Part shown: piece after piece, positions 18,719 through 29,263 of the stretch
Layout of the letters: each line of letters opens with the position of its first letter
Numbering within the stretch: position 1 is the stretch's first letter
Virus record (IMG/VR): IMGVR_UViG_3300032307_000652
Location: 30,877 to 94,876 of that record
Reading direction: 5' to 3' (one strand)
Origin: a virus
Length of the DNA: 64,000 bases
The notes under the pieces: generated by a model
The model's database searches: none
What the model was told of the DNA's origin: nothing
Seen by the model: the letters and a program-made list of their open reading frames with translations, nothing else
Translations under genes and position numbers: made by a program

Positions 18719-21700
18719 TATTTTTATTGAAAAAGATGTAAATAATATCTTCATAGTTAATCCTAATAAAGTTACCAACCAGTTTGGTAACGCTGAAGAT
18801 AGAAATATTCCTATGGAAGATTTGGTTTATTATGTCAATTTAGAATGTGATATTAAACCAAGAAGTAGATTAATTGGAGGTATTGATGGTAATCAAACTA
18901 CAACACAAATTGCGTATGGTAAAATTAATTTTTTAAAACCTAACGACCAAGAATACTTAACAACAAATTGGACTAAATTACAAACTGATGTAGATGACCC
19001 TAATATTATTAATGGTGAATTATTAGGTTTAAAGACTGTAACGTATAAAGTTAACACATCGTTTGTTCCAACAATAACTATAACTTTAGAAGACTCAAAA
19101 GGTAGAGCTTTAATGGAAAGTGGGGACAACTCTCTTTATTCTGCTTTTTTTAATTTACCATACCCAACTTTTTATCTAACTATTAAAGGTTATTATGGTA
19201 AGGCAATTAGATATCCTATAATATTACAAAAATTTAATTCATCGTTTAACTCAAGTACAGGTAATTTTGAGTTAACGTTAAATTTTATTGCATATCAGTT
19301 TAATGTATTAACCGATATTACAATGGCTTCTCTTTTTGCGGTACCTCAAATGTATTTAAAAAGGACTACAACAAATGTTCCTTTACAGGCATCTAATGGA
19401 CAAACTGCCGCTAGAGAACAGTTAGCTCCACAAACACAGACTTCTAATGAATACATTCAACAAAAAGGGATGGAAAAATTAAAAGAAGTTTACAAAAAAT
19501 ATAAAACAAGAAATTTAATTGATGAAAATGTTCCTGAATTAACAATACAAGAACTTATAACAAAATTAGATAATTTTATTAATTATAGTTTAGAACAATT
19601 TGGTCAAGTTTCACTATCGGCATTAAATGATGTTAAAGAATATTCAGACGCAATTACGGATTATCGAAAGGGTATTTACACAGGTAGAGGGACATCGTGG
19701 TTTGACGTTTATTTATCGAGACAAAAATTTTTTATTAAAAATGGTGATGTAAATGAAAACCAACAGATAGAACCTAATGAAATAAAATTTTATACATTTT
19801 CAGAAATACAAGGTTCTTCTGAAATTTTAACAGATAATAATACTGTTAACAGTAGAAAAATTACGGGATTTAAAGAATTAGAACCATTAATTAAAAGTTA
19901 TAATGATAAACTTTTAAATAATGCGACTTTTGGTAAAAATGGGAAATATCCTATACCTGTAAATATAACTTTAGAAAGTGTTGGAATTATCAAACCAAAT
20001 TCAATTAACGAAGAAAAAACTTATAAATTAAGAAACGGTGGTAATGTAATTACTGAAGAAGAAATAAACTCAATTAAAAACGAAATAGACGAGTTACATC
20101 GTATAAATGACCCATTAACGAGTGCTGGATTAATTTATTATTATTTTGACTTTGATTCTCCGAATCAGTTTAATGATTTATTAAATAAAATACAAGATAA
20201 TTTACAAGACGCTTCACAAAAAATTGAAAAAGAGTTAACTGATGAGTTAGCTAAATTTATCGCGTCATCAACAGGGTTAGGATTTGTCCCTTCTTTAAAA
20301 AATATAATGGGAATTATATTGGCGTCAACTGAAGCGTTTTTACTTCTAATGGATGATGTTCATGTCGCAGCGTACCAAGTTAGAAATAATAAAAAGAAAC
20401 AAACTTCTGTTGGAAATGTTGACATTAAAGGACTTCCTGATTCTCCAGTTTATCCATGGCCGTTATATACCCGAATAAAAGAATGTAATAAATATGAAAT
20501 TAAGTACCCTGGTGATAATGATGTGATTAATGATACAAAGGCGTATGATTATGAAATATGGCCTGAAGTGGAATTTGTTGAAGAGTTTTTAAAGGGTTAT
20601 ATGCAAAGACAAACACCACCAGCATCAGTTAGCCCATTAGAACCAACAAGTGAAGTTAATCGAATAATGGTTTCGGCGTTTGATACTATACCAACAAATG
20701 TCCCATATTCAAATTTAGAAGAAGTTAGTTTCTTTTATGAATTTTACGAAAGATTAATTTCATTAGTTGAGTATAATGGATTCCTTAAAAAGAAATTATC
20801 AGACCCACAATATAGCGCTCAACTTATCAATTATTTAGTAGAGTCTGAAGGAACCAATATTGTTAACTCAATACTAACCTTTTCACCTAGTATTGTTTCT
20901 AAATTTACAAATACTCCATTTACAGATATCGCAACATTCGGTGAATATTTAAAATCAATATCTAATGATGGAACTGGTTTATTTTGGAATAATAAAGAAG
21001 CTGGTGTTTTTAATACAAAATATTTAAAAGAAAAAATAATAGATTCACCAAGTGGGTTTTTAATTTCGGATTTACCGTCAATTAAAATAACGTTAAAAAC
21101 CGAGACTAATATGACAAATTATATGTCAAGTTCTGTTCACAATACTCAAACTATTTTTGACTTATTACCATATACTAATGAAAATTGGAGAATAAATAAT
21201 TTATCAAACGGTGAGTCAGAATTTTCTTTTGAAAATTCTTACAATAAAACTAATTTTTCATTATTTTACAATACATACACAAAGAAAATTAGTAATTATA
21301 AAACACCTGCGGGATACGGTACAAATAATGAAAAAAACATTATTAAACCTTTTACTAATTTTAAACCATTCTATAACACAATTACACCGCCTGTTGATTT
21401 AAATTCATTTTATAATAACAGAAAACCAAAAGACTATATTTTAACTGAAGGTAAAACAAAGTATTCAACAAATGAGGAAACTACCTCAATAATGAACACA
21501 CCGTATTTCATTAATGCGATTCAAGAAGGTATTAATAATTTAAGAAATAATACTCCTTATCCGTTTAAGGCTGCGTCATATTTGTTTTTAAATAGTTTAC
21601 CGTTATCAACGTTAAGAGAAAAGTATTTATCTTTTATTGATAATGAAAATGTTCATTTAAATTTTATATCGTCTTCATTAAATAAATTTTCAGGTGTCCA

Positions 21701-24700
21701 TTCTTTACCAAAATTATGGGTTTGTAAAATCGGTTCTATTTGGCACAGATATAAAAATTATATTTTAAATGATGAAGATATATTAACATCTATATGGACT
21801 AATTTTGACGTTTTAAATAATTATTACCCTACGTCTAACCCTACATTAGATTATCTTTATTATTTTTCAGGGCAAACAGTTGGTGGTAATAACTATGAAT
21901 ATAAGATTAAATGTTCAGGTTCTACAGGAACATCTTCAGGTACTTTAAATGAAATAAATTTAGGATTTTATCCGAAAATTATTAATGATTTTTATTATTT
22001 AATTTACAAACAAAATTTATTTTTATCATCGGATACTATAACCCAAATAACTGAAAAAATTAATACTCAAATTAAATTAGGAAATTTAATATTATTATCA
22101 CCATCAGAATCATATTTCCAAACAGTTAAAACATGGTCTATATTAATTAAGAGTCAATATCTTAATGACTATTATGTTTTACCATCTTTTGGTTTGGGTA
22201 AAAACCAACTACAAAATTTATATTCAAACAACATATCTGAAATAAATACGGACGGAAATTTATTTAATGGTTCTGTTAGATTATTATGGGGGGGACCAAA
22301 TTACGGATATTTCAACAGTACAAACATAGTTAAACCAACAATAAAACAACATTTAAAGAAAGTTTATAAAGATTTAATCGAACAGGAAAGTTTTGAATTA
22401 AGGACCGACAGTGATTATTCTTCAATCGAAGAAATTTTTGGAGTTTTTACAAAAACTGAATTAGACCAATTTGAATCAGAATTTCTAAGATTTTCAGAAA
22501 AAAAAGAGGTTGAATTAAGTCATATAAATTTTGAAAAGATTTTATTAATCATTAGTTCAAAGAATTATACTGTAACAGGCTCAAGTGAGAATGATATAGT
22601 TGTAGGAATTCAAAAATTACAATTAAATTCTTTAAACACTTTTTTACCACCATTAATGACTAATAATACGTTATTTAAAAAAGGTAATACTACGGGATTT
22701 GATTTACCAACATTTAATTATTTTAGAGTAAATCCACAGTTAACACCAATAAATGTTGAACTTGGTTACACTGGAAATTTACCACCTGGTTTACCTGGCT
22801 CGACAATAACTTTACAACAATCACAAGAACAATATCCTGAATCATGGAAAGAGCTACAATTACAGGTAGGATTTTCAACAATTAATGGTGTTAGTTACAC
22901 TGATGACGGTTCTGCTTTAACTGATTTTTTTGTTGATTTTGATATTCCTTTTAATGTTGAAAACATACAAAGGTTTACAACTATTATAAAAATGTATGCT
23001 AGTTATAAACATACAACAACAATTGATAATGTTAGTGATTTATTTAAAGAAAGAGTATCAATAATTTTTGGTAACGATGATTTATTGTATAGTGAGTTAT
23101 TTAACGGAGTTATTAATTACGTTAAAAAGAATCTACCACAGACCGACACCACGCAAGTCGAAGAAATTGATAGTGTAATACAAGGATTTCAAAGTAAGAT
23201 TGAACTTTATGACATGTTTAAAGCGGTTAATGATAAATGGGTTTCAGCGAATGACTATAATGAAAAAACTCTATTTGAAGATTTTTTATTTTTAGATAGA
23301 GCTAATAGAGATATTGGTGGTGAAATATACTTGGATATTAATTCAATTACTAAATTTTTAAAAAACACATCACCAAAAACAAATGTATTTACAGTTTTAG
23401 ATTCTATTTTTAAAACACATAATTTTATAACATTTTCAATGCCATCGTATATAAATTTTTATAACAATTATACACCTTCTAAAAATTCAGAAAATAAACA
23501 AGAAGACCCTGACAGTTTTGCGAATAATTTATTTGGTATTTTTAAAAATGTTGATTATCAAAAAACCGCAGCTAAATTAGTAAGTATATACACTGAAAAA
23601 CCTTCGACACAGTTAAATAACAAAAGTAAAAACAACGGATATAAAGATGATGGTTTAAATATTATGAATGACGGTGACACATTAAGAGAATGTGACACAA
23701 GTAAAGTTCAGGATTTTGCGAAATCAAATAAAGTTGTTGGGTTTGCTGTGGATTTTAATTTACAAAATCAAAGTGTATTTGAAAATATTAATGTTAGTCA
23801 AGATTTAGGTAAGGCGACTTCTGAGTCTTTAACTGCGGAATATAATTTAGCAAATGGTACTGCGGGAACTAATACATCGACTCAAAACGTTAGTTTATAC
23901 AATATATATAAAGACAGAAGTTATTCATGTTCTGTTGATGGTTTTGGTAATGCTATGATACAACCTACCATGTATTTTGTTTTAAGAAACGTCCCATTAT
24001 TTGCTGGTTCTTATTACATAACTGAAGTTACTCACACTATTAATACAGATAGTTTTAAAACTTCATTTACAGGGACAAGACAAAACAAATATACTTTACC
24101 TAAAGTTGAAAATACTTTCCAAACATTAAAAACTGAACTGTTAAAAACTTTAAATAAAAACTACAATAATAAAATCTCAAGTAACGCACCGTTATCACAA
24201 AATAAAAATAACATAAAGACTCAAATAACTAATGGTATTAAAAATAATGATACTGTTATTGGTGTAAGTAGCTGTTCTTCATCATTGTTTGCTGATTACC
24301 AAACGTATGTTCCATTAACTACTCCGATAATTGCTTACTCCCCTGAGGTAATTATTACTAATATTCTTAATTCAACTATAACAACAACTGAATTCTTTAC
24401 AACTTATTTTATATTTAAAATTGCGTCGTATGTTAATGATAATAAAGGTAATTCTTCTTTTAATGCTACGGGATTTAATTTCGCGGATATTACTTTGGAT
24501 ATACCGTATAAAGGTGAATTAACTAGTTTATTTTTACCAAACTTTATATGTGTTTCTCAAAATGATAAGACAACAAAACCATATGCGGTTTTTGGAAATG
24601 ATGTTGATTGTGTCACATTAGTTAAAAAAAGATATACGGAATATTTTAAAGGTATATTTGATGATTCGATTAGTAATGAACAAACTATTAATGATTTTAA

Positions 24701-24866
24701 TCAAAAAAACAGTGTTCAGCAGTTAGAATTTAAAGAACAAATTGCTAAAGCTTGGATTGAATATTTTCCTTATAATAAGGTAAAAGAATATCCTAGTATT
24801 TTTGAAGATTATAAGAAAAATAACCCTACGGAGTATAAAGAATTGTTAGATAAAATATCGTTTTAA
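18705..24866 (+). CDS. Giant baseplate hub protein (gp27/P2 gpD-like termini with a large insert)
   Basis: C-terminal SCSVDGFGNAMIQP..YF...GSYYITEVTHTI...FKTSFTG; N-terminal beta-rich hub-like segment; follows the LysM-like gene. Confidence 0.6.
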   Translation: MANNNIFIEKDVNNIFIVNPNKVTNQFGNAEDRNIPMEDLVYYVNLECDIKPRSRLIGGIDGNQTTTQIAYGKINFLKPNDQEYLTTNWTKLQTDVDDPNIINGELLGLKTVTYKVNTSFVPTITITLEDSKGRALMESGDNSLYSAFFNLPYPTFYLTIKGYYGKAIRYPIILQKFNSSFNSSTGNFELTLNFIAYQFNVLTDITMASLFAVPQMYLKRTTTNVPLQASNGQTAAREQLAPQTQTSNEYIQQKGMEKLKEVYKKYKTRNLIDENVPELTIQELITKLDNFINYSLEQFGQVSLSALNDVKEYSDAITDYRKGIYTGRGTSWFDVYLSRQKFFIKNGDVNENQQIEPNEIKFYTFSEIQGSSEILTDNNTVNSRKITGFKELEPLIKSYNDKLLNNATFGKNGKYPIPVNITLESVGIIKPNSINEEKTYKLRNGGNVITEEEINSIKNEIDELHRINDPLTSAGLIYYYFDFDSPNQFNDLLNKIQDNLQDASQKIEKELTDELAKFIASSTGLGFVPSLKNIMGIILASTEAFLLLMDDVHVAAYQVRNNKKKQTSVGNVDIKGLPDSPVYPWPLYTRIKECNKYEIKYPGDNDVINDTKAYDYEIWPEVEFVEEFLKGYMQRQTPPASVSPLEPTSEVNRIMVSAFDTIPTNVPYSNLEEVSFFYEFYERLISLVEYNGFLKKKLSDPQYSAQLINYLVESEGTNIVNSILTFSPSIVSKFTNTPFTDIATFGEYLKSISNDGTGLFWNNKEAGVFNTKYLKEKIIDSPSGFLISDLPSIKITLKTETNMTNYMSSSVHNTQTIFDLLPYTNENWRINNLSNGESEFSFENSYNKTNFSLFYNTYTKKISNYKTPAGYGTNNEKNIIKPFTNFKPFYNTITPPVDLNSFYNNRKPKDYILTEGKTKYSTNEETTSIMNTPYFINAIQEGINNLRNNTPYPFKAASYLFLNSLPLSTLREKYLSFIDNENVHLNFISSSLNKFSGVHSLPKLWVCKIGSIWHRYKNYILNDEDILTSIWTNFDVLNNYYPTSNPTLDYLYYFSGQTVGGNNYEYKIKCSGSTGTSSGTLNEINLGFYPKIINDFYYLIYKQNLFLSSDTITQITEKINTQIKLGNLILLSPSESYFQTVKTWSILIKSQYLNDYYVLPSFGLGKNQLQNLYSNNISEINTDGNLFNGSVRLLWGGPNYGYFNSTNIVKPTIKQHLKKVYKDLIEQESFELRTDSDYSSIEEIFGVFTKTELDQFESEFLRFSEKKEVELSHINFEKILLIISSKNYTVTGSSENDIVVGIQKLQLNSLNTFLPPLMTNNTLFKKGNTTGFDLPTFNYFRVNPQLTPINVELGYTGNLPPGLPGSTITLQQSQEQYPESWKELQLQVGFSTINGVSYTDDGSALTDFFVDFDIPFNVENIQRFTTIIKMYASYKHTTTIDNVSDLFKERVSIIFGNDDLLYSELFNGVINYVKKNLPQTDTTQVEEIDSVIQGFQSKIELYDMFKAVNDKWVSANDYNEKTLFEDFLFLDRANRDIGGEIYLDINSITKFLKNTSPKTNVFTVLDSIFKTHNFITFSMPSYINFYNNYTPSKNSENKQEDPDSFANNLFGIFKNVDYQKTAAKLVSIYTEKPSTQLNNKSKNNGYKDDGLNIMNDGDTLRECDTSKVQDFAKSNKVVGFAVDFNLQNQSVFENINVSQDLGKATSESLTAEYNLANGTAGTNTSTQNVSLYNIYKDRSYSCSVDGFGNAMIQPTMYFVLRNVPLFAGSYYITEVTHTINTDSFKTSFTGTRQNKYTLPKVENTFQTLKTELLKTLNKNYNNKISSNAPLSQNKNNIKTQITNGIKNNDTVIGVSSCSSSLFADYQTYVPLTTPIIAYSPEVIITNILNSTITTTEFFTTYFIFKIASYVNDNKGNSSFNATGFNFADITLDIPYKGELTSLFLPNFICVSQNDKTTKPYAVFGNDVDCVTLVKKRYTEYFKGIFDDSISNEQTINDFNQKNSVQQLEFKEQIAKAWIEYFPYNKVKEYPSIFEDYKKNNPTEYKELLDKISF

Positions 24867-24897
24867 TTTTAACATATATTTATAATAAAAAACTATT

Positions 24898-25122
24898 ATG
24901 GACACAAAAAAAGTTTTAGATAATTATTTAGGTAAAAACACACGTATTACTGAAAAAGAAATTGGTAATGGATTTAAAGAAGTGTGTGATTTAGATACTG
25001 GGGATTGTTATTCAATTAGAATGAAAGATGGTTTAATTGAAAGAGTTGATAACACTTTAAGAACAAACAGAAAAATAAACGTTGAAACAACACAAGGTTT
25101 CAAACAACTATTAAACGGTTAA
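24898..25122 (+). CDS. Hypothetical protein (74 aa)
   Basis: ORF with TATTTATA motif at 24877-24884 and an A-rich leader. Confidence 0.7.
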   Translation: MDTKKVLDNYLGKNTRITEKEIGNGFKEVCDLDTGDCYSIRMKDGLIERVDNTLRTNRKINVETTQGFKQLLNG

Positions 25123-25126
25123 AAAA

Positions 25127-25771
25127 ATGTCAGGAATCGATAAAAAAATTTTAGAGGAAATATCAAGATATAAAAAAATAAATAACTATATCTTTGAACA
25201 AGATGCTACGGTACCAGAACCTGAAGGTGAAGTTCCGCCAGCACCTGACGCAGGAGCGTTGCCACCGGCACCTGAAGCAGGTGCACCAGCACCAACTGAT
25301 ACCGCTCCACAACCTATTGACGTTGCGTCAGACCCTGATGTTGAAAAAGTAGGTGAAGAAGAAAATGAATCGGAAGAACTTGAGATTACAGATTTAGTAA
25401 ATTCTCAAAAAAATATCGAAACTAAACAAGAAGAGTATTTCAATAACCTTTTCAACCAATTAAATGGTTTAGAAAGTAAATTGAAAGATATGGAAGGTAT
25501 TTTTACAAAATTAAATGATATTGAAGCTAAGATTGAAAAATACAGAGAAAAAACTCCACAAGAAAAACTTGAACTAAGAAGTTTAGACTCAGGACCGTTT
25601 AATCAAAAATTATCTGATTTTTTTGTGGATAAAGAACAAGAGATGGAAAAATCGGGAAAAAATGAATATGTTTTAACAACTGATGAAGTTGAAGATTTTA
25701 CACCATCAGAAATTAAATCGACTTTTAACGATTACGGAGAAGAAACACAATACAAACCTTTGAAATTCTAA
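25127..25771 (+). CDS. Acidic, Pro/Ala-linker, coiled-coil protein; possible head core/scaffold
   Basis: ILEEISRYKKINNYIFEQ N-terminus, PAPDAGALPPAPEAG linker, heptad-like C-terminal half. Confidence 0.5.
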   Translation: MSGIDKKILEEISRYKKINNYIFEQDATVPEPEGEVPPAPDAGALPPAPEAGAPAPTDTAPQPIDVASDPDVEKVGEEENESEELEITDLVNSQKNIETKQEEYFNNLFNQLNGLESKLKDMEGIFTKLNDIEAKIEKYREKTPQEKLELRSLDSGPFNQKLSDFFVDKEQEMEKSGKNEYVLTTDEVEDFTPSEIKSTFNDYGEETQYKPLKF

Positions 25772-25779
25772 ATTTCAAA

Positions 25780-25811
25780 TTTGACTATCACGGCTGACAC
25801 ACTTATACTTG
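25780..25811 (+). promoter_or_regulatory. Host-RNAP promoter for the replication block
   Basis: TTGACT(25781-86)-N17-TATACT(25804-09). Also reads as Bacteroidota-type TTTG-N20-TAtaCTTG, one mismatch from TAnnTTTG. Confidence 0.7.
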
Positions 25812-25839
25812 AATATTAACTAATAAATTATATACACAA

Positions 25840-26679
25840 ATGGCGACAAATTCCTTAGATGCTGTACTCGCTCAGTACGAAAAAGCGAAAAGTGGGGGTA
25901 ACTCTGCAAACAAAATGTCTCAAGAAGACAGAATGAAAAAATATTTTGCGGCAATTTTAACGCAAAACGAGAACTCAGGACAGAAACGTCTTCGTATCTT
26001 ACCTACCCCTGATGGGTCTTCACCTTTCAAAGAAGTATGGTATCACGAAGTACAAGTTGAGGGTAAATGGAATAAAATCTATGACCCAGGAAAGAACGAT
26101 AACGAGCGTTCACCTTTGACTGAAATTCATGATGAATTAATGTCAACAGGTAAAGAGTCTGATAAAGAACTCGCTAAATCTTACAAACCTCGTAAATTTT
26201 ACATCGTTAAAGTAATTGACCGTGATAACGAAGCGGACGGAGTTAAGTTCTGGCGTTTCAAACACAATTACAAGAACGAAGGTATCCTTGATAAAATCAT
26301 TCCGATTTGGAAAGCTAAAGGTGATATCACTGACCCTGTTAATGGACGTGACCTTATCATTGAGTTAACAAAGGCTAAGACTCCAAAAGGAGCAACTTAT
26401 ACGGTTATTCAAACAGTTATGCATGACGACCCATCACCTGTTCACACAGATGCTGAAACGTCTAAGTCATGGATTGAAGACCCACTTACTTGGGCTGATG
26501 TTTACTCTAAAAAACCTGTTGAGTACTTGGAAGCAATTGCTCGTGGAGAAACTCCAAGATGGTCATCTGATTTAGGTAAATATGTTTACGGTGATAGTTC
26601 ATCTGATGAAGGTACTATCGGTGGTTCATATGTTGACCCACAGGCTGGTGACGAACCAGATGGTGATTTACCATTCTAA
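25840..26679 (+). CDS. Single-stranded DNA-binding protein (T4 gp32-like)
   Basis: RLRILP, aromatic-rich core, GRDLII, acidic tail ending DGDLPF; first gene of the replication cluster. Confidence 0.8.
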   Translation: MATNSLDAVLAQYEKAKSGGNSANKMSQEDRMKKYFAAILTQNENSGQKRLRILPTPDGSSPFKEVWYHEVQVEGKWNKIYDPGKNDNERSPLTEIHDELMSTGKESDKELAKSYKPRKFYIVKVIDRDNEADGVKFWRFKHNYKNEGILDKIIPIWKAKGDITDPVNGRDLIIELTKAKTPKGATYTVIQTVMHDDPSPVHTDAETSKSWIEDPLTWADVYSKKPVEYLEAIARGETPRWSSDLGKYVYGDSSSDEGTIGGSYVDPQAGDEPDGDLPF

Positions 26680-26685
26680 TTTATA

Positions 26686-26724
26686 AAAGGTTGGACACTA
26701 ATATACACAAAGTGTCCAACCTTT
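26686..26724. terminator. 14-bp perfect hairpin between SSB and RecA (terminator/attenuator or processing site)
   Basis: aaaggttggacact-N11-agtgtccaaccttt. Confidence 0.6.
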
Positions 26725-26764
26725 GCTATTTTTAAACAACAAACAATTTAAATCATAGACATTT

Positions 26765-27763
26765 ATGGCAATAAAGAAAAAAGAATTTTCATTAGATGCG
26801 ATTAAAGACAAATATTCAACCAAGACAAAATATAAAGAAACAGACTTTTATGAAGTCGGTGAGGCTTTCCATAATAGTTGCGGTTTACCTGGTCCTGCTT
26901 TGGGTAACATCAACATGTTCTTGGGTCATTCGAACTCTTCAAAAACGACCGCGCTTGTCAAAGCCGCTGTGTCTACTCAGCAGAAGGGGCATTTGCCTGT
27001 TTTCATTATCACCGAGAAAAAATGGAGTTGGGACCACGCAGTAGAACTTGGTCTTAAAGCTGAAATGACTGATGGTGAATGGGACGGACAATTTATCTTT
27101 AATGATAATTTTGATTACATTGAACAAGTTACTGACTACATCAACGAGTTATTAGACGAACAAGAAAAAGGTAATATTCCTTATTCTCTTTGTTTCCTTT
27201 GGGATTCAGTTGGTTCAGTTCCTTGTAAGATGACCTTTGATGGTAAAGGTGGTAAACAACATAACGCATCTGTATTGGCGGATAAAATTGGTATGGGTAT
27301 CCAAGCCCGTATTACTAAATCTCGTAAAGAGGATTATCCATATACAAACACAATGGTTGTAGTTAATCAACCTTGGGTTGAATTACCTGATAATCCATTT
27401 GGACAACCAACAATTAAAGCAAAAGGTGGTGAAGCTCTTTGGTTAGCATCGGCTCTTGTATTCTTGTTTGGTAATCAGAAAAATGCTGGTATTAATCACA
27501 TTACAGCAACTAAAAATGGTAGAACGGTATCTTACGCCATCAGAACAAAAATCTCTGTCCTAAAGAACCATATCAATGGATTAGGATATAAAGATGGTAA
27601 GATTATCGCGACACCACAAGGATATATTGCTGACGATAAAGACGCTCTTGAAAAATACAAAAAAGAGTATTCTCAGTATTGGAACGCAATTCTTTCAGGA
27701 ACAGGTGAAATAACTCTTGATGAGACTGAAGAAACTTTTACAAACGAAAACGAACCATTTTAA
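26765..27763 (+). CDS. recA: RecA/UvsX-like recombinase
   Basis: Walker A-like GHSNSSKTT, Walker B LWDSVGS, VVNQ, KGGEAL, KNHI. Confidence 0.8.
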   Translation: MAIKKKEFSLDAIKDKYSTKTKYKETDFYEVGEAFHNSCGLPGPALGNINMFLGHSNSSKTTALVKAAVSTQQKGHLPVFIITEKKWSWDHAVELGLKAEMTDGEWDGQFIFNDNFDYIEQVTDYINELLDEQEKGNIPYSLCFLWDSVGSVPCKMTFDGKGGKQHNASVLADKIGMGIQARITKSRKEDYPYTNTMVVVNQPWVELPDNPFGQPTIKAKGGEALWLASALVFLFGNQKNAGINHITATKNGRTVSYAIRTKISVLKNHINGLGYKDGKIIATPQGYIADDKDALEKYKKEYSQYWNAILSGTGEITLDETEETFTNENEPF

Positions 27764-27772
27764 TTTTAGTTC

Positions 27773-28777
27773 GTGAAAAAAACACTACTTGTTGACGGAA
27801 ATAATCTGATGAAGATTGGGTTTCATGGTGTGAAGGATTACTTCCACAATGGGGAACACATCGGGGCGTTGTATCATTTTATGAATACACTTCGTAAGTT
27901 TATCAGTGAACATAACTTTGACAAGGTAGTAGTATTTTGGGATGGTGAAGACTCCACGAGTTTACGTGGAATTCTTTACCCCAAATACAAACAAAACCGA
28001 CGATTGGTTATGGAGGACTCTATCTTTATGTCCTACTTAAAACAAAAAAATCGTATCAAACAATATTTGGAAGAAGTCTATATAAGACAATTAGAGATTA
28101 GTGGTAGAGAAGCCGATGATTTAATTGCTTATTATTGTCAAGTATCTGAAAATGAGGATAAATTAATTTTTTCGTCAGACAGAGATTTAACACAACTTAT
28201 TTCTGAAAATGTATCCATATACTCACCATCAGTTAAAGCTACCTTTAAACACGGGGATAAGATTAAATTTGATGATTTTGAGTTCCCACACTATAACGTA
28301 AAAACTTTAAAGATATTAACTGGTGATAAGTCAGATAATATTGAAGGTATCTATCTTTTGGGTGAAAAAACTTTAGTTAAATTTTTCCCTGAGATACTTG
28401 AAAAAGAAGTTTCTTATAACGATATTTTAACAAGAGCTGAAGATTTGTTAAAAGAACAAAAAGACAATCAGACCTTAAAAAATCTTTTAACGGGTAAAAC
28501 AAAATCAGGTATCTTTGAACAAGAATTTTTCCAAGTTAATGAACAGATTGTGGACTTATCTAATCCTTTATTGAGGGATGAAGACAAAGAAGAAATACAA
28601 TCAATCGTTACTGAAAAATTGGATATCGAAGGTAGAAGTTACAAGAACTTAATTAAATATATGGTTGAGGACGGGTTGTTCAAATACCTACCAAAGGGTG
28701 ACGACGCATGGACGTATTTCATCCAACCTTTTATGAAGTTAACAAGAAAAGAAAAAACAAAAACAAACAAAAAATAA
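27773..28777 (+). CDS. 5'-3' exonuclease / flap nuclease (Pol I N-terminal or T4 RNase H-like)
   Basis: LLVDGNNL, YKQNR, EADDLIA, SSDRDLTQL, GDKSDNIEGI..GEKT. Confidence 0.92.
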   Translation: MKKTLLVDGNNLMKIGFHGVKDYFHNGEHIGALYHFMNTLRKFISEHNFDKVVVFWDGEDSTSLRGILYPKYKQNRRLVMEDSIFMSYLKQKNRIKQYLEEVYIRQLEISGREADDLIAYYCQVSENEDKLIFSSDRDLTQLISENVSIYSPSVKATFKHGDKIKFDDFEFPHYNVKTLKILTGDKSDNIEGIYLLGEKTLVKFFPEILEKEVSYNDILTRAEDLLKEQKDNQTLKNLLTGKTKSGIFEQEFFQVNEQIVDLSNPLLRDEDKEEIQSIVTEKLDIEGRSYKNLIKYMVEDGLFKYLPKGDDAWTYFIQPFMKLTRKEKTKTNKK

Positions 28778-28785
28778 AATAAATT

Positions 28786-29238
28786 ATGAAAGAACAAGAC
28801 ATTACCAAACTGGAATTCTTGATGACGGTAAACAACAATTTTATCGTACAACGTTTTTTTAACGTTAAAGGGTATAACCCAAAGGCTCACAACTCAGCAG
28901 AGTTGATTGATTTGATGGATGGTTTCATTTCAGATTTGAAAGAAAATTTCAAGATGAAAACTGTAAACTACATGTTGGACAATCAATATCAGATTAGTGA
29001 AGACCCTGAGGTATTGAACACATCATTCACTGATGGACCTGAGTCGTTTAACATCTATATCAAAAATGGTGATACGACAATGTGTCATTATTCATTTGAT
29101 GCTAAACTTTATCCACCTAAGGTGAGATACACCGTAGACATACGCCCGTTCCTAAAAGGAATACTTTTTGGTCTTACTGACGTGTTGTCATCTAGAAATT
29201 TAACACACGAATACATGGGTTATCAGCTAGCTCGTTGA
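28786..29238 (+). CDS. Hypothetical protein in the replication block
   Basis: 150-aa ORF with an A-rich leader; no motif recognised. Confidence 0.7.
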   Translation: MKEQDITKLEFLMTVNNNFIVQRFFNVKGYNPKAHNSAELIDLMDGFISDLKENFKMKTVNYMLDNQYQISEDPEVLNTSFTDGPESFNIYIKNGDTTMCHYSFDAKLYPPKVRYTVDIRPFLKGILFGLTDVLSSRNLTHEYMGYQLAR

Positions 29239-29263
29239 TATTTATTCAAAAAACAAACATAAT

